From Pseudogymnoascus verrucosus (Eukaryota): a stretch of 64,000 bases of DNA. The stretch is from the NCBI GenBank assembly GCA_001662655.1, contig KV460276.1, one strand, 5' to 3'. The notes beneath the pieces are model-generated. The model was not told the origin of the DNA and searched no databases. It saw nothing but the letters and a program-made list of their open reading frames with translations. Made by a program: the position numbers and the translations under genes. Shown piece by piece: positions 1 through 11,312 of the stretch (positions are counted from its first letter, which is position 1; every line of letters starts with the position of its first letter).

Positions 1-330
1 AGTCTAAAGCGTTTATAAGTAGTATATAATATAAGGGATATAGACATTCCTTTTTTATACTAGTCTTAAGGTACTTATTAATATAATTAAGTAGTATAGA
101 TTTCATTATCTATTACTATATCCTTTATAATAGAGAAAGTCTCTTATTACCTATATAGTATAGATAGTAACCTATAATAGTAAGCGTGTAGCAAAAAGTA
201 AGGAGCCTACATCTCATTATTAGATTTTTAAGATTCTATTTATAATAGTTGCTCTAGTCATCTTTACTACAACTAAAATTGCAACATGCATAATAGTACT
301 TAGCAAATGGGAGCTTTCGGTTCTAAAGCC
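1..330 (-). pseudogene. Heavily RIP-mutated fragment resembling the Cys/His-rich C-terminal region of a DUF3435 (Starship captain, FluG-domain-annotated) tyrosine recombinase
   Basis: Very AT- and TpA-rich. One minus frame reads FAKYYYACCNFSCSKDD*SNYYK*NLKNLIMRCRLLTFCYTLTIIGYYLYYIGNKRLSLL*RI***IMKSILLNYINKYLKTSIKKECLYPLY. Reversing C>T/G>A changes gives FAEYCYACC..WSNHC...L..GYCPYCMG..RMQQW..LLNHINKHL..CPHPLC. This matches, from memory, the FAE.C..C/W..HC/GYCPFCLG/RM.Q/CPHP.C pattern of captain C-termini. Runs off the window edge. Confidence 0.5.
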
Positions 331-2063
331 GGCGGGAGTACGAGCTAGGTTGTTAACTGTAGGTATCTCGTAGCTTAAGCCCTTCTCACCGTTTAGTATC
401 ACACCTTAGGACTCGAGACTCATTATGGGAATGCCTAGTTGAAAGATCTTCTAAGCGAGATCTCACTTTTCTCTCCGACCGCCTTATAGCTTTGGATGGA
501 GTTAAGAGTGAACTACAAAAAAAGATGAGGTTGAAGGATATCGCCTATGCATATGGCTTGTGGGAGAATGGGCTTCTACGTAATCTACTATGGTTTGTAA
601 AGTCCTAGGCCAATCGAAGTTCCATGCCGCTGCGAATACCGTTCTAGTCTTGGGCATCGACAGCCGGAGCAGTAAAATTCATTCCTTACGTAAAGGAAGA
701 TAAGGAGGGACTTTCCTGCATAACCAGCTTCACCGGTGGCAAGAGCCTTCTTGTAGAGGGCCGCGTTAGAGAAGTGTCGCAAATCGGTGATCTCGCTCAA
801 CCTGCAAACGTGGATTCCATAAGGAAGAGTCTTACGAGCAGTGTATCTTTATTTTTCGGCTCGTGTGCACATTTGATATGTGATGACCGACATGAGCCCA
901 TCGGTTTCGCAGCGCTCGATGAGTACCACAGACCTAGCGATGGCCCTGTTTATTGTCTTGCTGTTACGTGCGAAACCTTCCAGTTCGAATCTCCGCTTCA
1001 CAATGGGCATACTTTCTTTGTCCTGCTGTTACAGACTCTGCCCGGTCGCGTTAATACCTTTACGCGCATAGGGATGGGTAGGAAATCTCCTCCATTTTGG
1101 TTTGAAGACACGCTTCCACGTCAGATTAGCGTTATATAATTCAAGTTTATAAAGCATAAGTTACTAGTTGTCTTTCGTTTCATAATCTCGGGGCTTTCTC
1201 GTTGCGTGGATAACATAATGGAATATCAAGCAGGTCAATCGGCTGGTTAGGAGTTATTTCTGAAACTAACCATCAATCGGTCTCCAGTCTGGCGGGGTAT
1301 CAGTTGGAGGATCAGCTCATCCCGGGTTTGCGCATCTTATGCAAAGCGGTCAAGTCTCGCTCTGCAGAAGCAATGAAAGAGTATACAGCGCAAGAAGATA
1401 ATTTGCTGATGCGCCTCGTAGTTGCGCCATTGTCCTTCCTTGTTGGCTTTTCAAACCAGCAACATAATTAATGACATTCCTGTCTAACTTAGACCCTATG
1501 CGGCTTCGATAACCTGAAATCTAAACCAGATATTGAGAATACTGTGGACTGTTGGAAGTTCGTCAACTGCAAAATCTAGACATGGCGGGAGCGTCCCTTT
1601 TATACCATTTTCAAGCTCACCCACGCTCACCCTCGCTCACCCAGGTCACCTAAACCACCCGATGATCCGTGGGCATCTAAAATTGCGGTGCATCGCATCC
1701 ATCGCGTTTCAATACGAGACCCACATCTTGCGTTGTCGAGGTGGTCCCCATCACATAATTGAGGTGGCTCGTATAGCCTCAATATTTTGAGGCAGCGACA
1801 CTCACCCACTAGTCCCGATGTCACCGACCAACCTAAAATGCAAGTGAAAGCTTGCGTATCCTCTGGATAATAGTCTCATTCGTGCCAATAGGAATAGCGC
1901 AGAATCGGGATCCCTTGCCGCCTAAAGGGTGAGACAGGGGCGTAGCAGGGTGAGTAGGGGGTAACCATGCACTGAACGTATATGTGCGCTACTGTCTCAT
2001 GGACAACTTGAAAAGCAAGCTTTGTTCTCTTAATTAGAAGTCGACGAAATAGCCTGCTATGTG

Positions 2064-2932
2064 CTATTTGATAGTCTGAATAAATTCCTTAATTAGTTCT
2101 TTGACATCATCTGGTGCCTCCACGCAATGCCAATGACCAATCCCACTCAAATCCTTAGTCGACTTTTCAGTCTTCTTGGTCCCATATTTCTCCAAAATCT
2201 CCTTCGGGCCAGATAGAGGGGAAGTTACATCATCTGATCCCGTAATTATCAACAAGGGGACATTGATAGCTCCGTAATCTGGCGGCTGAGCAGTGGCAAG
2301 TGCATGACAAAGAGACATGTAACCCTCGGGAGATGTGCTCAAAACCAATGCTCGAACAAAAGCACGCTGAAGACTGCCAGCCTTCTCTCCCGTAGCAGTT
2401 AGAGGAATTTTCTTAGCTAGCGTCTCAAGACTGTCTATTTAAAAGTCAGCATTTTCTGTCAAAAAGCTAAACTAGATGGAGTCAGAAAGAGCAGCTAACA
2501 CTTACCGCTCTGGATAACCTCAATCCTCTGCTCGAAAACAGGCACAATGGCAAATTCAGGATTCACCGGCCCAAGCAACACAACCGCCCTCACTCGATCC
2601 GGATATGTAGCAGCCAAAAAATTTACCACAGTACTGCCTACTGAATGTCCAACCACAATAACGCTCTCCTTGATATTGAGAGTGTCTAAAAGCCCTATGA
2701 CGTCTTCTGCGATAGTAGCGATGCTTTGCTCTGACTTGCCAAGCTCCGACAGCCCGGAACCTGGAGTATCAAGTGCGATGCAGCGAGTGGATGATTTTAG
2801 ACCAGGAATTATTGTATGGTAAAAGCAGGACGAAGAGCCAAGGCCGTGGATGAAGACAGTTGTGGTCTTAGTTGTAGAGTCTCCGTCGACTGTGTAGAAG
2901 AGGCATTTGCCATTGACTTCAACGGAAGGCAT
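2064..2932 (-). CDS. Alpha/beta hydrolase (3-oxoadipate enol-lactonase-like), 2 exons
   Basis: ATG at 2932 (MPSVEVNGK); HGLGSS oxyanion motif, GHSVG nucleophile elbow, GSDD acid, GHWHCVE histidine; GT-AG intron 2505-2435 joins ORFs 2495..3121 and 2064..2348. Confidence 0.85.
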
Positions 2933-3555
2933 TTTTAATATAGTTCTTAAGACACAATACCCAAGGTGATAACGCGCAATTAATAGGAGCTGAATAGATT
3001 CAGGTGGTAGTGGATCACTGCAGGTTAGAATGACGTCGCGATGACGGATGAGGTATGAGTTAGAAAGAAAGCTACTATCGAGGTGACGTGACGAAAAGAA
3101 GGAAAAGAAGATGGATGACACGCAAAGGTGAGGAAAATCAAAATAAGACCATAGAATATATTTTGAAGAAGATTAAGTAGTTTGTACAATTAACCCTCTT
3201 AGCCTCTTTCGCAATAGCCTCGTTGATGGCAGCCTACGTGCGTCTCTCCCCGTCTTGCTCTTCGCGCATCTGCAGTTCGGCTTGCAACTGCGCGGCTTGT
3301 TGCTGACCCGCTGCAACTTGTCCTTGATATGCCATGTCATGTCTAGCAGCTGACCGCGATGCTCCAATAACTACAGCCGTGCCTAGTAATGGCCTTCTGC
3401 GACGTCCAAACATATCGGTGTCTATAATTCAGATGGTCTGATCTAGGTGTGGATTTCTCTCGTGTGCCAGGAACTTTGAAGTAATGTGTTATTCGTTCCA
3501 CCCTTTAATTGGTAGGTAGTCTTAGGGAAGAAGCAAATGAAGAATAATACTTACA

Positions 3556-5288
3556 CTATAAAGAATTTTGAAGCTGTGATGTAATAGCTAAAAACTGCTG
3601 CGTAGTCAGCGTGCAAGAGAGGCCTGCTCCTTTATCGCCTTCTGAACCATGTCTGTGGATGAGAACCCCATTGCTCATTATGAGCCGGCGGTGCTGCTTT
3701 AGGTCCTTGAAATTTACGTCAATGGTAAAGGACTCCGCTTGAGCGCGGGGCCCATCAATTCGTATGGCAATAGATACCTATAACTGATTTAGCGAGAGGG
3801 CGGCTGTCATTCCCTCGTTACTTGTATCAAACGAGACCGGATAGAGCTTGCCACGAAGCTCGTCTGCACTGGTGAGGTAACAATTCCGCCAAGGCCCGTT
3901 CTCAGCACCGTAACCTAGTTTCTCAAATACTAATGCCAGCGCCTGTTTAGCTTCGTCGTGCTTTGAATCTGCGAAGACCACGTGGCTAAGCAAGGTCGCT
4001 GCAAAGCGGAGGTCGCCATTCTCGACATAAGTTTGGGCCATACAGACGACCGCGTCGGCGCCTCCCATACAGAACACATAGCGTCGGCCTTCCTCTGCCG
4101 GGGGGTGCTCCCAAAGATGAGCTGGATTGCCATCGTACCATCCCATATATCGTTGGTAGATTGCTTTCACATTGTGGCTGATGGATCCGTAATAACCCTG
4201 TGCGTGCCAGGCCCTCTGGAGCGTATGTGGGAGAACGAAAGACTCGGCTATCTCGATCCCTGTCTGGCCCTGGTTTATCATACGAACCGTTTGGTCGTGT
4301 AAGTATGCGTAGAGGTCTCACTGCTCTGAGAGATATTGGGTAATTGCTTCGCGACCCCAAGTAGGCCAGTGGTGCGAGGCGAAGGAGACGTCTGCATCAT
4401 GGGCAAAAAGAACAATAGCCTCATCTAAGTAGCTCGACCAGGCCTGGGCATCACGGACCACTGCCCCTCGTAGAGTTAAGATGTTATGGAGGTTATGAGT
4501 AGCATTTTCAGCCATACATAGAGCCTTGCGTTCGGGAATATAGAAGTTCATCTCGGAAGGCGCTTCCGTTCCTGGTGTGATCTGAAATATGAAACGCACG
4601 CCATCAACAACCTCTTCCTGACCAGTCTTAGTAATTTCTAGAGTTGGCGGAATCAGTGTAGTTGTGCCGGTGGATATGGTGCTGCCAAGCCCTGTGGAGA
4701 TCTGGCCCTCTGGTCCTTTCTTGAGCTCATTCCCATACATATACACTGCACGGCGAGCCATCGCGTTGCCGACAAAGATATTCTCCCCTACAGCATGTTC
4801 CACAAAGCCTTTAGGGGCTAGTATCGTGACTTTTTTGCTTGTTTCCTGTAGCACACCACGGGACCACCAAAATGGTCGCCATGCGGGTGCGTGTAGAGCA
4901 ATCCAGTGACGGGTCGGTTTCCACGGTGTTCGCGGTAGAGTTTGAGACCAGCTGCCGCACACTCCACAGAGATTAGAGGGTCAATGACAATTATACCTTG
5001 TTTTCCTTCGATAACCGTCATGTTGGACAGATCAAATCCACGGATTTGGTAGATACCGTCTGTGACTTGGTAGAGGCCCTGCTGACGACAAAGTTGGGCT
5101 TGGCGCCAGAGGCTCGGGTTGGCTGATGGCGGGCACGAACCTTTGAGAAAGTCGTATTCCTCATTGTTCCAGATAACGTGGTCCTCGTGATTTCTGACTA
5201 TGCAGGGTTCAAGAGCAGCGATAAAGCCTCGACTCGCATTATCGAAATCAGTAGTGTCAGTAAACGAAGAAGAGGTAACTTTAGACAT
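3556..5288 (-). pseudogene. Alkyl/aryl sulfatase (SdsA1/BDS1 family, metallo-beta-lactamase fold) pseudogene
   Basis: Motifs NPSLWRQAQL, YQIRGFDLSNMT, HPHGDHFGG, TPGTEAPSEMNFY, HNILTLRGAVVRD, HHWPTWG, GYYGSISHNVKAIYQRYMGWYDGNPAHL. Broken by a 1-nt frameshift near 4862 (HFGG/ARGVL), TGA at 4318-4320 in EQ*DLYAYLHDQT, and TAG at 3778-3780. The 3' end is approximate. Confidence 0.9.
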
Positions 5289-5652
5289 AGTTAACTAGCA
5301 GGCTTGTTTTCATGCGAACTGCAGAGCATAGCTGAAGCTTGTACCAATATTTAAGTAAAATTTTGCAAGGAAGAATAAAAAGAGGTCATGCTAGTAGTAT
5401 ATGTTGCAAGACGTATCACTAACGTACTTTCCGCGTTATTATCCACTTGCCCGCTAAGTATGATGCATAGGTGACGTACATAAGATGAGGACATGTCTAC
5501 TATAGATATTAAGCCTCTATATTATTAAGGATTAGAAAATCACTGGTCAAGGTGGTCGAGGTGGTCCCGATTACAAAATAAGGGCAAGGGGCAGCAAGGC
5601 TCACCCGCTGCTAGGCCAGATGGCACCGATTTAACTATTATCTAGAGGATAT

Positions 5653-5715
5653 GCTTGAGATCGGTGGATTAGTAGTTGGGTGGGTGACCACCAGCGAATA
5701 CCCACTGTTGTATGT
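5653..5715 (+). rRNA. 3' half of a 5S rRNA gene (5' half absent)
   Basis: GCTTGAGATCGGTGGATTAGTAGTTGGGTGGGTGACCACCAGCGAATACCCACTGTTGTATGT followed by T-rich sequence matches the ascomycete 5S 3' half. The upstream sequence shows no ACATACGACCAT...CCCGTCCGCTC 5' half. Confidence 0.9.
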
Positions 5716-5959
5716 TTATGGTCTTTTTATACCATCTATCTACCTTCTTCTCCTTGATGGATGGGTTGGCAGGTTTGCCATGCCCACTTTTTTTTTCTTC
5801 GCTAGGAGGCATGACTTTAAACCCAACCTGAACCTTGAAAGTGTAGGGGTCTATCGGTACAGTACAGTCTACATACAGTATAATGTTAAATCATAGTAAG
5901 GAGCTTTATTGCACTATAGCTGCATCGACTAGTAGGTATTTCTTCGACTGACACGTTCC

Positions 5960-6891
5960 CAGCATCTGTGTTGATTTACAGGACGCAAGAAAGGATTGTC
6001 CGAGTTGGCCATCCGCAAGGAAAACCGGGCATCATCGAGCAATTCTACGCACAAGTCATCTCTTCAGATGATGAACTCAAGAAGCTTTGGAAGGAGCGGC
6101 CTGATTGCTTGAACGCTGATATGCCTGTTCGGCATGATTGGCCTCTTGGGATCATTCATCAAAGGCGAATATTCATCTTGTCATTTGCTCATAAGGTTTG
6201 TATACTCTAATGAAAGTTACCGTTACGTCCAAAAAAATACACATCAGCTGTTTACCATCCACCGACATTTCCATATCTAAAGTTTCAGAAATTTACAATT
6301 CGTATATACTAAGGTTTGCAACATTGGCTTGACGTACATCCAAATACTAAATACTGACATTTGGGCCAACAGATTACCTGCCTAGCCGCTGCTCGAAATA
6401 GTCTTCGAACCTTTATCGACTGGCCTGACGACGACCTCTCTGAAATCTACAAACGGGCCTGAACAACCAGCACGCATGTTCTAGCCGCAGCAGTAATGCT
6501 CCTTTTCGGGATCCTGCTTTCATCCGAAGACGAAAATGGGCTCTTCGAACTCTCTGAGATGTGGAATTTGGTTCGTGAATGCGTTCCTCCGCTTCAAAAG
6601 CTCGTGAAGTACAGCACGGTAGCGGCGCGAGACGTCAAGGTGATTAGTATTATGCTGGATTATGATGCAAAGATACAGCGGAGCGAGTGGAAGAGACTTC
6701 AGATTGTCGATGTTGTAGCGCGTGTGCTCCAATGGGAGGGAATCGAAAGGAACGTAGGGCCTGAGGGATACCCGGGCATCCCAGAGATAGGGATTGAGGA
6801 GGTGGATATCATAAGTAGTGAGTCTTTGAAAGAGATGCTAGCCTATATAGGCAATGAGTTGGACATTGCGCGTGGGCCGAGAGATTTCTGA
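5960..6891 (+). pseudogene. C-terminal remnant of a fungal-specific (Zn2Cys6-type) transcription factor
   Basis: Spliced reading HQRRIFILSFAHK/LFTIHRHFHI*SFRN..YTK/ITCLAAARNSLRTF..KRA*TTSTHVLAAAVML resembles the fungal transcription factor middle-homology region. Stops at 6278-6280 (TAA) and 6460-6462 (TGA); no N-terminal zinc cluster seen. Confidence 0.6.
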
Positions 6892-7106
6892 TTTAAGAGA
6901 GGTAGCGGTCCTCTCGAGTGCTACTTATGTACACTAATACTGCTACTAAGCTGCTATCTTGCACCAGCTGTTAAGTAGATGAGAGACTGGGTGTCCTGAG
7001 CTTTTTCGTTCAAGGCTAAGAAAACTAAGCAGATCGTCACGATTTCTTTATAAGTCATAATCATATTATTTTTGTATAACTCGAGACTGATTAAATTTTC
7101 TTAATT

Positions 7107-8336
7107 TCAGGTGCCCACCGCCTGCTTAGACATATTTAAGCTATCTTTGAAGCTTTTTGCCTAAGCATACGCCTTTACATACTCAGCATTATAGATTTCG
7201 GACACCGTCTGTGGCGAATATTTCACTACCGACCCTTTCTCCTCACATCCTGGCAAGCAATCAATAACAAAATCGGGATTGCCGTTTATGCAAAGAGGAA
7301 TTGAATACCGCTCTTTTCCCGATTTGTTAATGACGCGGTGTAGGTTTGAGTTATATTGATCGTTTGACCTATGCCACCATTAGTTCAGGCGTAAAGACTA
7401 CCTTTTAACCCCTCAAGTCGTCGACATAGAGAGCGGCTGCAGACAGACCTACCATCGCATTAACATATTGCCAATGTTGACCACATAAGCACCCTTCACC
7501 AGCACAACATCTAACTAAGCCTCGGTCACATTGTCCCACACCTGTAGCCCATCAACCTCTCCCTGCAACAGCAGCGTAATCGCGCCCCAGTCTGTATGGG
7601 CGCCAATCCCTCTCGCCAGCCTATCCTCGGAATCCTTCTCCTGTGGGGGGTAATGGAGGTACTTTAAAAGCGGCACTGCACCTGTCTTAAAAGCGTTGAA
7701 ATAATCCTCACTCAGCCCTAAAGTTAAAGCGAGGGCCTTGAGAAGATCACTAGCAAGTTCGCGAATGGCAGACAAGTACTCCGTGGATGTGACTTTGAAG
7801 TCTGAGGCGCCAGCCATGGTGCTAGCTTTGGGCCAGACGTTAGGTCCAGATTGCATCTTTTTGTTGACGAAGTACGGGTGTGTCGTAGGAATGTCGTCGC
7901 CGAGGAAGAAGCCTTCGTTCATTTCGGGCTTAGTGCCGGGTTCGAGCATCTGCACACCATAGGGCGAATAGCCGCGGCCCCAGGAGGTAAGGGCTATATA
8001 TCATATTAGTGTGTGAAAGGCATTAGGGTGCGAAGATGGGCGTCGTATTTCATTTTCTCTTCTATGGGGAGGTCAAAAAACTCCTTTGACACGTTGAATG
8101 TCCGCTCTTGGAGCTCCGCGCCGACTTTGTGCCCTACAATCTGGAAGAAACCGTCGTGCAGGCAGCACGACCGGATGTCGTCGACTAGTTGCTGCTTCTT
8201 GGTAGCACCGTCGCTATAGAAAGCTGTGAGTCATAAGCATTTATCGTCATTCAAGAATCTCCATAGATGGACGTCGGAGGAGTACACAGAACCACTTACC
8301 AGAAAAGTCAAGGATAGGTGGACCTGAGCCAACCAT
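7107..8336 (-). pseudogene. 2-oxoglutarate/Fe(II) dioxygenase (IPNS-like, DIOX_N plus 2OG-FeII_Oxy) pseudogene
   Basis: MVGSGPPILDFS, GFFQIVGH, RGYSPYG, LHYPP, GIGAHTDWGAITLLLQ, VVNIGNML, SNLHRVIN, RYSIP. TAG at 7515-7517 where W is expected (EA*LDV), a second TAG near 7161, and no GT donor visible for the intron near 8040-7995. Confidence 0.85.
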
Positions 8337-8589
8337 TCTGGGCTACGAAGTCTGAGTCGAGCTAATGAGAGTGGCTTCCCTCGCAGTGTTCGCAATATAT
8401 ACCCGGCTTCACTGCAGATTTGTGACGCCGTTGAAGGTCGGGGATCTTCGTGTTGCGTAGCTTAGTACTAAAGGTCGATCGGGCCGCGGGCGAGTCTCAC
8501 CGTCCCGGGCCAGTCGCAATGTGGTCCTGCCAGCGAATCTTTTATCACCAATACTATTGTAGCAAGGGAGAAATCGAATCAACTGGCAC

Positions 8590-8685
8590 AAAGGACATCC
8601 TTGTGACCCTTACGAGCGGCCATGTGTAATGGTGTTCGATTTTTATCATCCATCACGTCAACAGCGGCTCCATGAGCTAATTTTT
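8590..8685 (-). pseudogene. Isolated ankyrin-repeat fragment
   Basis: LAHGAAVDVMDDKNRTPLHMAARKGHKDVL is one canonical ankyrin unit with no coherent surrounding gene. Confidence 0.65.
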
Positions 8686-10089
8686 GGTGGATGCCGGCGA
8701 CCCGAAAGGCAATGATAGAGACCGAGGAGGAACTCCCGGTTCGCCCCCCGCCACGTAGCTTATTGTCCATGGCTGTGGCAAGCTTCAAGCCTCCTCTGCC
8801 GCCTCCTCCGCCGTGTGATGGGCGTGTCGCCGAGAAGGAGCTCATCGCGGATCCAACAGATGGCGCAGGAGAGTTTCGAAGAACCGAACCCGTCTCGTCG
8901 TCACTCCTCCGCCGTAAGGCACGTGCAAGGGCTCAGGCTCACCGGCCCCGAGCACAGTCGCCAAAGAAATGAGGATTGATATGGGTTTAGGTCCTCGCTA
9001 TACTCCGCCAATGATCTCGCCTGTTAGGGTCGAGCTGTCTCAGACCCCAGTTAGGAGCGTATTGTGGATGGGAAAGCCGGCTGCGCGAACAAACAGGGGG
9101 TGATCCGGCCTGCACAGGACCCTGCTCGGCACATTTTAAGGTACGACCCGGCAGCGGATCCACATGGCCAGGCCAACCATGGGGCGCTGCTTGAGACATG
9201 TCATTTCGGCTCCCTATCCTAGTTCAGGGGTTTTCCAGGGCACCACTGTCTTAAGACGATGGCTCTCACTTTGACCCATAGATCAAGAAAGGGCGAGTCG
9301 ACGTGCTGTGCTGTTTCCTTCGGCATCATGTCTAGGCTCTTCCAAGAGGCCTATCTCGACGGTAGTCAACTCGACGGCTATCTGATTGACGACAAGCTCC
9401 GACCTCAACGGTGCCAGCCAGGCACCCGAAGATTCTCGTTCTCGGGGAGTATCTGGAGACTATGAGCTTCCCGTGCTCCCTGGGTTGACGGAACGAGAAC
9501 GACTCGAGAGCCCTTCCGTAGCGACCGATGACGGCCACCGAGCCCCCCTCCGATAATGACTATGGCCTCTTTGCGGGAGCCGACTCCGAGACCGAGCTTG
9601 AAATGGAGGAAGAGGATTCTGATGCTGGTGATGCCGGTGACGAAAACACGGCTACTATTGTCTTTCCTAACATACCTTCTATACCGTACTTAATAAGTAA
9701 GCCTACTATTCTAGCTTAATGCGCGAATCTAGATTGATTTTGTTAGCATATCTATTCTAGTCAGCATTCACGTTGGGAGTAGCTCTAAAGCTCTAGATAT
9801 TGTACCGAGGAACTCCGATACTTACCGAACCGGAGAATGGCAAATTTTGGGGGTTTTGCTGACTTCTAGCGGCTACTCTACCGCATTAAGTGAAACTGCT
9901 GTTACTGCTGTTCCCACATCTAACAATTCTAGCACTATAGCGTTCTCAGCCGGTCAAAGCAAAGTCTACATCGACGACATGTTTGTTGCGGGGCAATAAT
10001 AAAGGCTTATGCGTTTATTTACGAAGATTATATATACTGATAGCCCAATATGAACGTCAATATTGTCTTTTGCTACTATATGCTATAGC

Positions 10090-11312
10090 CTAGATTGAAA
10101 GAGTGGCACCTGCAACGCCAACTACGGCGCTGCGCACATTTGCAGATCCGAGCAAGCTGTATGTATACGGCATGCTAGATGGAGTAAGAGTGCCAACAGG
10201 TGCTGTATTAGATCCGATTCCGAGATCATTATCGAAGGCGTTCGCGTAACTATAATTGTCAGTGATGTTATATTTCCAGTTTATCATAGTGATGAGCCAC
10301 TCACCCTGTTTTATCACTGTATAATGCAGCAATTGGCTCCGTGCAGTTAACAAAGACGTTGCTCTGAACCAAGATTTGGGCTCCATCTCGGGTGTCGATT
10401 CCGGTATTCATACTGTCGAAGTACGAGTTGTAGACGTGGCCAGTGCCGTATCTCAAGCTAGGAGTTCGGCTGCCGATGTTGAACCAGTGGTTGTTGTGTT
10501 GAGTGACGTGGAGATGTCCGGTATCTTCTGCTGCATTATTGTCGCTGTGGCCGATGAGGGATGCTTTCCAGTGGTCATGAAGGTAGACGTTTGAAATGGT
10601 GACCCATTCTGAAGCGTGTGTAACATCAATCAACCCGTCATAGTAATCCTTGCCGTGGGAGAGGTCAGAATAGAACTCGCTGATACCGTAAGTAGACGAA
10701 TGATAAGATTGTTATGGATTACAAACCAATGGTCAACCCAGACATTGCTAGATGCCTGAATTCCAAGCCCATCACCAGAACTAGCTAGCACGTTCTCGCT
10801 GATGATGTTGCGGATGATAACGTTTTTTTGCTTCCATATATAGAGGCCGACTCCGCTAAGTTCTAGTAATTGTTATTGTAGCTCTTCCACAACAAGATCT
10901 AGATATGCATACTGGCACCGGGGAGGCCAATGATTGATTTGTTGGAACCAATTCTTACTTGGACATCACCGGTAATTGTACCTTTAACCACAATGATGAG
11001 AGGAGTTGCATCGTTGTTTTTAGAGTTGTCGGCAATAGCTGTGAACTGGGCGAGAGTAGACACTGTAGTGACCGTTCCACCTTTGCCCCCTGTTGTTCTA
11101 TTATGCACATACATTTAGTATATGTATAGCATTACAGTAGTGTCCACTTACCCTCCATTCTGAGTAGCAAATCCGGTGTCAGCAACGTCAGTAATAGTTG
11201 CTCTTTTTACAATGTTTGCGCGCTCGACGGTAGAGTCTTCAGTCGGAGTAGGAACAGCCACTACAAGTGGAGCTACAATGGCAAGGCCAAGTGAAACAAT
11301 TGAACACCTCAT
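10090..11312 (-). CDS. Secreted pectate lyase, family PL1, 5 exons
   Basis: Signal peptide MRCSIVSLGLAIVAPLVVA, KR propeptide site, GFATQNGG/TTGGKGG, NVIIRN, NVWVDH/CEF, YDGLIDVTH, SRTPSLRYG; four GT-AG introns restore the frame. Confidence 0.93.

Noticed and set aside
420..1500. Short ORFs 588..800, 774..1139 and 880..1071 as genes or as the rest of the captain
   Set aside because: The minus-strand frames I translated and the listed plus-strand ORFs gave no recognisable motif or splice pattern.
8691..9719. GC-richer stretch with Pro-rich and acidic short ORFs
   Set aside because: Possibly another gene remnant, but no family motif or coherent gene model could be supported.
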